From Thermoanaerobaculia bacterium (lineage in GTDB: Bacteria; Acidobacteriota; Thermoanaerobaculia; Gp7-AA8), in NCBI GenBank assembly GCA_036009605.1, contig DASYLL010000458.1:8829-72828 (forward strand): 64,000 bases of DNA. Reading direction: 5' to 3'. The position numbers were made by a program, and so were the translations under genes. Shown piece by piece: positions 57,005-64,000 of this stretch. The notes under the pieces are model-generated. The model saw nothing but the letters and a program-made list of their open reading frames with translations. It was not told the origin of the DNA and ran no database searches. Position 1 is the first letter of the stretch; every line of letters begins with the position of its first letter.

Positions 57005-58723
57005 TTAATTTAGCATGACGCGCGTGAAGCCGGCCTCGCCCGAATACTGATCGAGCACGCCTACCGAAACGCGATCGCGACTGGCGTCGACTTCGAGGTT
57101 CACGGCGAATCCGATCGTCTTGCCCTTCACCTGCGCGATCGTGTCCTTCGACCAGCGGAACGATTGCTCCTGACGATTCACCTCGGAACCGACGCCGCCC
57201 GCATCGCCGAGGGAAACGAAGACTGCGAATGACGCGGCGTACTCGCCTTTGTCTTCGAGCAGCTCGAGGCTGTCCACCGGGATCCTGATCGTCATCGGAA
57301 TGGTTCGCTTCTCACCGTCGACGACCGCGGCGTCCATCGTCACGGAGATGTGGAGCGGATTGACCGGCTCGAGAACGTGATTGGCGATGACCTGATCGGA
57401 GACTTCCCAGTCGCGGCTGACCGCGCCGGACGAAAGCGTCGCGCGAGCGTTGAGGCCTTTGCGCACTTTGACCGCAATCTGCGATTTCGGATTCAGCGCG
57501 CCGGTCGAGCGATAGCCGACGGAGTAGTACGAGTCGAGATCGTTCATGATCTCGGTGAGGACCTGATCCGCGGGTCGGCCGATCATTGCCGCGCCGCCGG
57601 TGGCCGACGCGATGCGGTTGTAGCCGTCAAGCGCGCCCACCTGCGCCGCAAATTCCGAGGCGTAGTCCGCGCGGTGCTTCGACGCAGCGCCACCAACCTG
57701 CCGGTTTCCGAACTCGGGATTGACCGCGTAGATCGCGACCCCCTTCAGTTTTGCATTGGCGGCCACCACATCGAAGAACGGCGTGACGTCATACCCGGCG
57801 ATCTGGGTCAGCGTCGATGAAGTGCGTTGGTTTTTGAACCCGCGATGGTTGCTGAGCTCCGCCTGGTTTCGTGCGCTCTCGATCCTCTGAAAGACCGCGT
57901 CCGCCGGATTGAGCGGCATTCCGCCGCCGGCGAGGATGATGATCTTGCGGCCGCCCGGAACACCCGCAAACGCCGTGAGCGCGGCGTTGAGGGACGAGAG
58001 CGTCTGCTTCGTTTCGAACGCCGCGGTCGAAGCGTAGTTCCGCCCCGACGTGATGACCTCGTTGAAATCGACCGGCGGCAGGCTCCTGGTCATCCCGTTG
58101 CCGCTGCTGGTTGCGTTCCCACCGGTTTGCACCTGGTCGCCGGAACTGCCGCTGTTCGAGCCCTGCGGTGGTCCCATCGACTGGGCCGCCTGATCCGCGC
58201 CCTCGATGATCGCCTGGAGCGACTGCTCGAATCCGAGGAGCTCGGGATGCGGAAGGATCGCGTCCTTCTCAATCAGCGCCAGCGTCTTCAATACTTCTTC
58301 TTTATCCGCGGTCCACGCGAGTCGCTGCTTCACCGAGCGCGCGATCGTGGCGACGGCAATGCGATCCGAGGGACCGATCAGCATCCGCTCCAGCGTCCCT
58401 CGGGTCGCCTCGAACACCTTGCGTCGCGCGGAGAGGGCGATCGAACCGTTGTCGATGATCAGCAGAATGCGACGCGGCGCGGGCTGCACCGTCTCGACGG
58501 TTCCGCTCGTCGTACGACTGATCTCCGAGAGATTCGTCAGCTCCTGCGGTTTGCCATCGACGAGGATCTCGAAGTCGTTCTTCGTGAGGCCGGTGACGCG
58601 CTTGCCTTGTTTGTCGCTGACGACGACGTCGAGGTTCGTGACCTGCACATCGATGACTTCACTCTGCTGCGCGAACAGCGGGAACGCCAATACAGCCAAT
58701 GCCACTGCGACGATGCGTTTCAC
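57005..58723 (-). CDS. Secreted VWA-domain protein of the 'VWFA-related Acidobacterial domain' type
   Basis: Signal peptide MKRIVAVALAVLAFPLFAQ, a VWA-like core ILLIIDNGS.., and the overall architecture characteristic of Acidobacterial VWFA-related proteins; 572 aa. Confidence 0.75.
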   Translation of the reverse strand: MKRIVAVALAVLAFPLFAQQSEVIDVQVTNLDVVVSDKQGKRVTGLTKNDFEILVDGKPQELTNLSEISRTTSGTVETVQPAPRRILLIIDNGSIALSARRKVFEATRGTLERMLIGPSDRIAVATIARSVKQRLAWTADKEEVLKTLALIEKDAILPHPELLGFEQSLQAIIEGADQAAQSMGPPQGSNSGSSGDQVQTGGNATSSGNGMTRSLPPVDFNEVITSGRNYASTAAFETKQTLSSLNAALTAFAGVPGGRKIIILAGGGMPLNPADAVFQRIESARNQAELSNHRGFKNQRTSSTLTQIAGYDVTPFFDVVAANAKLKGVAIYAVNPEFGNRQVGGAASKHRADYASEFAAQVGALDGYNRIASATGGAAMIGRPADQVLTEIMNDLDSYYSVGYRSTGALNPKSQIAVKVRKGLNARATLSSGAVSRDWEVSDQVIANHVLEPVNPLHISVTMDAAVVDGEKRTIPMTIRIPVDSLELLEDKGEYAASFAVFVSLGDAGGVGSEVNRQEQSFRWSKDTIAQVKGKTIGFAVNLEVDASRDRVSVGVLDQYSGEAGFTRVMLN

Positions 58724-59463
58724 GAGGCCCCCTTGGTAAACCAGACTCCCGAGTCATCCACCGGTATCAAAGAAACGTTGAGCTTCCGTGCGACGAGAAA
58801 CTCGTCGACGGCGCGGCGACAGCCTTCCCAGTATCCGTAATCATCAATCACGACGAACCCGCCTGCGATGACGAGATCGTAAAGGTTTTCGAGGCAAACG
58901 CGAGTCGAGTCGTACCAGTCGCCATCGAGCCGAAGTACTGCAATTGGGCCTATTTCGTGACGTGCGGCCGGCAGGGTGTCCTGAAACCAGCCCTGGCGGA
59001 TGTGCACGCGTGCCGCGTCGACGCCGAGCTTTTCGAAGAACAGCCCCTTCACGACGTCGAGCGGGCCGACGCATTGTCCGATCGGTTCGAGCGCGCCGCT
59101 CGAGCGATCGCCCGAGTACTCGATCGCCATCGTGCCGTCTTCGACCGTCGGCTCCGGCAATCCCTCGAACGAATCGAACAGCCAGATCTGCCGCTCTACG
59201 GATCCGGCCATGGTCATCACCGCGGCCGAGCCACCTTTGAAGACGCCGCATTCGACGATTGCGCCCGGCAGCGACTTCGACTCCGCCAGCTTCACGACGT
59301 CATACGCGTTGATGAGTCGCTCGAAACCGACCATCGTGTACGGCTGCACGAGCTGCACGGCACGCACCTTCTCGCGATCGCCCCCGGCCGCGCGGCGGAT
59401 CGCAAACCCGCGCTGCAATGGATAAAGGAGATTCCAGTAGACCGCGCGCCAGAGCCGCCTCAA
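58720..59463 (-). CDS. TylF/MycF-family class I SAM-dependent O-methyltransferase
   Basis: TMVGFERLINAYDVV...GAIVECGVFKGGSAAVM...RLDGDWYDST motifs of macrocin-O-methyltransferase-like enzymes. The start is uncertain: ATG at 59334 or an upstream TTG near 59463. The track ORF extends further as Arg-rich noise. Confidence 0.65.
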   Translation of the reverse strand: MRRLWRAVYWNLLYPLQRGFAIRRAAGGDREKVRAVQLVQPYTMVGFERLINAYDVVKLAESKSLPGAIVECGVFKGGSAAVMTMAGSVERQIWLFDSFEGLPEPTVEDGTMAIEYSGDRSSGALEPIGQCVGPLDVVKGLFFEKLGVDAARVHIRQGWFQDTLPAARHEIGPIAVLRLDGDWYDSTRVCLENLYDLVIAGGFVVIDDYGYWEGCRRAVDEFLVARKLNVSLIPVDDSGVWFTKGAS

Positions 59464-61736
59464 TGCAGCGCCGTCACGATCTCGGTGAAGGCAGGCTCGC
59501 CGCGCAGAGAATCGAGCCGGGGATCGACGGGAAGAAACACCATCCAGGGCGAGCGGTCTTCGCGCGCCGCCTGCAGCTGTTCGATCGCGGCGCGCGCATC
59601 GCCGAGTCCCGCGTGGATGACCGCGATGTCGTACGGCGAGACGTAGCGCGTGCGCGCCGTCGCGAGCAGTTCGGTGAGCAGCTCGCGCGAACGCTGCTCG
59701 TCGCCTGCGATCGCATATGTGTGCGCGAGCATGGTCGTGAGAATGGGAATGCGATCGACTTCGAATGCACGCGCGAACACATCGATCGCTTCGGGGTAAC
59801 GATGCTGTTGCCCGAGAGCCATGCCGAGCCAGCCATGCGCGGGGATGAAGTTCTCGTCGAGCTCGAGCGCCTTGCGAAAACGGCGGATCGCCGATTCGAA
59901 ATCGCGCGCGAAGTAAAACGGCCAGCCCGCGTGCACCGCGATGATCAGCGACAGCGGATCGAGATCCGCGGCCTTCGAGATCTGCTCGACTGCCTCGTCG
60001 AAACGTCCGCGTGCGGAGAGCAGCATCGCGTAGCCATCGTGCGCGTTCGCGTAGTTCGGATTGAGCTCGATCGCGCGGCGATAGGCTTCTTCCGCACCTT
60101 CCCAATCCCAGTCGAACCACCAGCGCACCGCGCCGAGGGATGCCCAGGCTTCGGCGAGACCGTCATCGATTTCGATCGCGCGCATCGCCGCGGCTTTTGC
60201 CTTCGGCATCGTGTCGTGCGGCGGCAGCGGGATGTTCGTAGCCATGGTGATGAAGCAGTCGGCCATGCCCGCGTACGCCATCGCGAACGAAGGATCGGAC
60301 TCGATCGCCTCGCGAAAAAACTGAACGCCGCGCCGCAGGCTCTCTTCTGTGCGCTTGTTCCAGTGATAGCGGCCCTTGAGATACAGCTGATACGCCTCGC
60401 TGTTCTCCGTCGTCTTTCTGCGGAGCTTCTTTTTCTCCGCGCCGGTGAGCTTCGGCCGCAGCTTGTCGGCGATCTCGCTCGACATCTCTTCCTGCAGCGT
60501 CAGCAGGTCGGCGAGCTGGCGGTTGTACGTCTCGCCCCACAGTTGCGCGCCATCGAGCGAGTCCACCAGCTCGACGCTGATCTGCAGCCTCTCACCGACA
60601 TTCTTCACGACACCGGTGAGAACCGCGCGTACGCGCAGCTCGCGGCCGACGCCTTGCGGATCGACGTCGCGGCCTTTGTAGCGGAACACCGTGCTGCGCG
60701 CCATGACCTTCAGCTTCGGCAACTGCGAGAGCTTGTTGATGATGCCTTCGGTGATGCCGTCGCTGAGGTACTCGGTGTTCGGATCGTTCGAATGATTGAC
60801 GAGTGGCAGCACCGCGATCGAGTCGATCGCTTTCGACGTGCGCCGTTTCGTGATCGTGCGGATCAGACTGTCGCTCACCATCGTCGCGCTGCTGCCGATG
60901 GAGCGCAGCGTGAGCGCGAGATCGCGCGCGGATTGAAAACGGGTCGACGGACTCTTCTCGACGCAGCCTTCGATGATGCGCTGAAACTCGGACGGCACGA
61001 CCGCCCCGAGCATGTCGCGCGGGAGATCGTCTTTGAGGATTGCCGCGATCGTCGCCGCGCCCGACTCGCGATGGAACGGCTTCTTCAGCGTCACCATCTC
61101 GAAGAGGATGCAGCCGAGGGAGAAGAGATCGGCGCTCGGATCGACGGCTTCGCCACGGAGCTGCTCGGGCGACATATAGCCGAGCGTGCCGATCACCGTG
61201 CCGGGCTGCGTCTGGAACCACTTCGTCGTCGGGATGTTGCCTTCGTCGCGATCGGAAAGAACGGGATCCGTTTGCGCGAGACCGAAGTCGAGAATCTTCA
61301 CGCGCCCCGTTTCGGTGAGGAAGATGTTCTCCGGCTTGAGATCGCGATGCACGATCGATTTCGCATGGGCCGCCGCGAGTCCTTCCGCGACTTCCGCGCC
61401 GATCTCCACGGCGCGTCGCCAGTTCATCGGCGCCTGCAGCGCATCGCGCAGAGTCTTGCCTTCGAGCAGCTCGGTGACGAGATAGAACGTCGAGTCCTCG
61501 CGTCCGACGTCATACACGGCGACGATGTTCGGATGCGAAAGCGCCGCGATTGCTCGCGCTTCGCGCTCGAGTCGGCCCGTGGCCTCCGCGTCCTGCAATG
61601 CGTCCTTCGCGAGAACCTTGATGGCGATGTCGCGCCCGAGGCGCGGATCGCGTCCGCGGTAGACCTGTCCCATTCCTCCTTCGCCGAGGAGAGAGAGGAC
61701 TTCGTAAGGACCGACTTTGGACCCGGCCGCGAACAT
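59460..61736 (-). CDS. Ser/Thr protein kinase with C-terminal TPR-repeat region
   Basis: Kinase motifs GEGGMGQVY, AIKVL, HRDLKPEN, DFG and GTLGYMSPE, followed by about 450 aa of TPR-like helical repeats; 758 aa. Confidence 0.85.
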   Translation of the reverse strand: MFAAGSKVGPYEVLSLLGEGGMGQVYRGRDPRLGRDIAIKVLAKDALQDAEATGRLEREARAIAALSHPNIVAVYDVGREDSTFYLVTELLEGKTLRDALQAPMNWRRAVEIGAEVAEGLAAAHAKSIVHRDLKPENIFLTETGRVKILDFGLAQTDPVLSDRDEGNIPTTKWFQTQPGTVIGTLGYMSPEQLRGEAVDPSADLFSLGCILFEMVTLKKPFHRESGAATIAAILKDDLPRDMLGAVVPSEFQRIIEGCVEKSPSTRFQSARDLALTLRSIGSSATMVSDSLIRTITKRRTSKAIDSIAVLPLVNHSNDPNTEYLSDGITEGIINKLSQLPKLKVMARSTVFRYKGRDVDPQGVGRELRVRAVLTGVVKNVGERLQISVELVDSLDGAQLWGETYNRQLADLLTLQEEMSSEIADKLRPKLTGAEKKKLRRKTTENSEAYQLYLKGRYHWNKRTEESLRRGVQFFREAIESDPSFAMAYAGMADCFITMATNIPLPPHDTMPKAKAAAMRAIEIDDGLAEAWASLGAVRWWFDWDWEGAEEAYRRAIELNPNYANAHDGYAMLLSARGRFDEAVEQISKAADLDPLSLIIAVHAGWPFYFARDFESAIRRFRKALELDENFIPAHGWLGMALGQQHRYPEAIDVFARAFEVDRIPILTTMLAHTYAIAGDEQRSRELLTELLATARTRYVSPYDIAVIHAGLGDARAAIEQLQAAREDRSPWMVFLPVDPRLDSLRGEPAFTEIVTALH

Positions 61737-61795
61737 GCAACCTCATTCTAGTGGCTGACTGGCGAGCAGCCATCGGACCCGAGTAACATTTCGCC

Positions 61796-62791
61796 ATGGT
61801 CCTGATCAACAAAGCGATCAACGAGGTCACGGTCAAGCTCGTGTACTACGGGCCCGGGTTGTGCGGGAAAACGACGAATCTCGAGAAGATCTACGCCAAT
61901 CCGAAGCTCGACAACAAAGGCAAGATGATCTCGATGTCGACGGAGACGGACCGCACGCTCTTCTTCGACTTCATGCCGATGGAGCTCGGCACGATCGCGG
62001 GCCAGAAGGTGCGCGTGCAGCTCTACACCGTGCCTGGTCAGGTCTTCTACGACGCGACGCGCAAGCTCGTGTTGCGCGGTGCGGATGGCGTGGTGTTCGT
62101 CGCCGATTCGCAGAGCGAGATGCGCGAGTCGAACCTCGACAGTCTCAACAATCTCAGGACCAATCTGCGTTTGAATCGCATCGATCCGACGAAGGTCGCG
62201 GTCGTCTATCAATTGAATAAACGCGATCTCCCGAACGTCGCATCCGTCGAAGAGATGACCGCCTACCTCGGCGCAACACCGGACTCCGTCGTCGAAGCCT
62301 CGGCGAAAGCAGGCGCCGGCGTGACCGCGACGTTGCGCGCCGCGGTCGCGAAGATTCTCGACAATCTGAAGAACAACGTCGACACGACGCTGTACGAAGA
62401 GCCCGCGCTCACCGCGCCGGACATGACACAGAAGTCAGGCGTCGCGCAGCATTCGGCAGGAACGCCGAAGTTGTCGATGCATTCGCCGGTCGCCACGACG
62501 CCTGCTCCAGCACCTGCGCCGGTGGTGGAAGTCGAGGCGGTCGTCGATGAAGATCCGTTCGATACCGGCGGGGTGGCGGTGCAGGTCGAGGAGGACGAAG
62601 ATCCGTTCGACGCGACGGCACATCACGTCGACTTCGAGGATCCGTTCGCGAGTCCCGCGGAAGTCGCTGCCGCACCGCCGCCAACGGATCTCGAAGAGTT
62701 GCTCGCGAATGCGAGCGCTCTCGTTTCATCGCTCGAGGTTGCACTCGAACGCGCGAGAGAGAACGAACGAAAACTGCGCGCACGGCTCTAG
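61796..62791 (+). CDS. MglA-like Ras-family small GTPase with ~135 aa acidic DPF-repeat C-terminal extension
   Basis: The first ~195 aa align nearly residue-for-residue with Myxococcus MglA (KLVYYGPGLCGKTTNL, STETDRTLFFDF, YTVPGQVFYDATRKL, NKRDLPN). This is followed by an Ala/Pro-rich linker, three EDPFD-type repeats and a short coiled-coil end. Confidence 0.8.
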   Translation: MVLINKAINEVTVKLVYYGPGLCGKTTNLEKIYANPKLDNKGKMISMSTETDRTLFFDFMPMELGTIAGQKVRVQLYTVPGQVFYDATRKLVLRGADGVVFVADSQSEMRESNLDSLNNLRTNLRLNRIDPTKVAVVYQLNKRDLPNVASVEEMTAYLGATPDSVVEASAKAGAGVTATLRAAVAKILDNLKNNVDTTLYEEPALTAPDMTQKSGVAQHSAGTPKLSMHSPVATTPAPAPAPVVEVEAVVDEDPFDTGGVAVQVEEDEDPFDATAHHVDFEDPFASPAEVAAAPPPTDLEELLANASALVSSLEVALERARENERKLRARL

Positions 62792-62800
62792 CTCGCCGCG

Positions 62801-62889
62801 CGTTGTCAGTTGTTGGTTCTCGGTTGTCTGCGACCTGGCCTGGCTTCGCAGTGACTCTTCAGACAACCGACAACCGAGAACTGACAACG
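62801..62889. repeat. Palindromic repeat family A copy 5 (most complete copy)
   Basis: CGTTGTCAGTTGTTGGTTCTCGGTTGTCTG ... CAGACAACCGACAACCGAGAACTGACAACG, starting 10 bp after the mglA-like stop. Confidence 0.75.
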
Positions 62890-62934
62890 CCGCGCCGAAG
62901 GCGTGCCCATGTCTGCCGGGATAGACTCCGCGCC

Positions 62935-63648
62935 GTGACCTGGTACCAGGAATGGTTCGGCGAGGAGTATCTCGAGCTTTACGCCCACCGCGACGAAGAG
63001 GAAGCGAAGCAGCAGGTGGCGTTCTTTCAACGCGAGTGCGGCGCGTTCGACGGTCCGGTGCTCGATCTCGCCTGCGGCACGGGTCGCCACATCCAGGAAC
63101 TCCAGCTCCTCGGATACCGCGCCCTCGGCTGCGATCTTTCGTACACGCTCCTCCGCACCGGCATCCGCGAGTACGGTCCGATGGCGGTCGCGCGCGCGGA
63201 CATGCGCCAGCTGCCCTACCCCGATGCCGTGTTCGAAGGCCTCGTCAACTTCTTCACGAGCTTCGGCTACTTCGCGGAAGAGGACGAGAACGCGCAGGTC
63301 GTGCGCGAGATGTCGCGCGTGCTCGCGCCGAATGCGCAGTTCCTCTTTGACTATCTGAATGTGGATCGCGAGCTCGAGAACCTCGTGCAGCGCGAGACGC
63401 GCGATACCCCGCGCGGTCCGGTACGCATCGAGCGATGGTTCGACAGATCTGACCGTTCCTTCAACAAACGAATGACAATCGGTGAAAAGCGTTACCTCGA
63501 GCGGGTCCGCGGCTACGATCTCGACGAAATTTCGGCCATGTTCGCGGCATGCAATCTCTCGATCCGCAGTGCCTTCGGGGATTTCGACGGATCCCCCTTC
63601 ACCCGCACCTCACCGCGCCTGATTCTGGTGGGGAGCCGCAACGCATGA
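62935..63648 (+). CDS. Class I SAM-dependent methyltransferase
   Basis: SAM-binding motif VLDLACGTGRH. I chose the in-frame GTG at 62935; the track ORF start at 62803 lies inside repeat A5. The stop overlaps the next start (ATGA). Confidence 0.65.
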   Translation: MTWYQEWFGEEYLELYAHRDEEEAKQQVAFFQRECGAFDGPVLDLACGTGRHIQELQLLGYRALGCDLSYTLLRTGIREYGPMAVARADMRQLPYPDAVFEGLVNFFTSFGYFAEEDENAQVVREMSRVLAPNAQFLFDYLNVDRELENLVQRETRDTPRGPVRIERWFDRSDRSFNKRMTIGEKRYLERVRGYDLDEISAMFAACNLSIRSAFGDFDGSPFTRTSPRLILVGSRNA

Positions 63649-64000
63649 AGGCGCCGCTTTCGCAGTATCCGGGGATGAACCCGTTCGTGCTGGACTGGCT
63701 CGGCGGCGATGAGCGGTTTCTGCCGCGCGCGGTGGAAAAGCGGCAGCTGCAGCTGCCGCACTCCAAAGAGCTTGCGGACGCGCTCGACGCTTCGAATCAG
63801 CGCTGGGGCATCAACGCCACCGACGCGATCAATCGCTGGGCCACTGGCGAAACACACACGATCATCGCGGGACAACAAGTCGGCTTCGCCGGCGGCCCTC
63901 TCTACACGATCGCGAAGATCGCCAGCATGATCCGTATGAAGCGTGAGCTGGAGAAGCAGGGCACGCCCGCGACCGCGCTCTTCTGGCTCGCGACCGAAGA
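63645..64000 (+). CDS. bshC: Bacillithiol biosynthesis BshC-like protein, N-terminal part (runs off window end)
   Basis: MKAPLSQYPG... with the signature IIAGQQVGFAGGPLYTIAKIASMI, resembling the BshC N-terminal motif TGQQ.GL.GGPLYT. Below the ORF-track cutoff or incomplete, so translated by hand. Confidence 0.6.
   Translation, partial: MKAPLSQYPGMNPFVLDWLGGDERFLPRAVEKRQLQLPHSKELADALDASNQRWGINATDAINRWATGETHTIIAGQQVGFAGGPLYTIAKIASMIRMKRELEKQGTPATALFWLATE

Overview
This 64 kb window is a densely coded, high-GC (about 65-67% by eye) stretch of bacterial chromosome with no rRNA, tRNA, CRISPR array, transposase or integrase detected by reading. The gene content looks like a soil Acidobacteriota-like organism: a 'VWFA-related Acidobacterial domain' protein, two TPR-containing Ser/Thr kinases, and many lipoproteins and secreted proteins. 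I support about 75 CDS.

Most of them are housekeeping: icd, argF, polA, ppdK, glyQ/glyS, cysK plus a transsulfuration enzyme, plsY-gpsA, ddl, galU, maf, eda, moaD/moaE, selB, and a complete suf operon (Rrf2 regulator-sufBCDSU-sufT) with a candidate operator.

The non-routine content is:
- at least five families of intergenic palindromic repeats whose hairpin arms are built from tandem 7-11-mers, several of which donate start or stop-proximal codons to neighbouring genes (nfo C-terminus, a lipoprotein start, an internal bshC segment);
- a compact cluster of small membrane proteins with N-terminal zinc ribbons or proline-rich tails (two CD225/dispanin-like paralogs, a zinc-ribbon::pseudopilin chimera, DUF2752, TM2-like, DUF4870) beside a P-domain/lamin-tail surface protein;
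- a single-ORF in-frame Phd/YefM::ParE/RelE antitoxin-toxin fusion embedded between galU and maf;
- an MglA-like GTPase with an acidic DPF-repeat C-terminal tail, divergent from a Ser/Thr kinase and with no adjacent mglB;
- a decayed vapBC-like locus with a frameshifted PIN gene;
- a 480 bp lower-GC non-coding region ending in a clean intrinsic-terminator hairpin upstream of polA, which is a candidate sRNA.

All calls are from reading the sequence and the ORF track. No database searches were run. Repeat coordinates are accurate to about ±3 bp.
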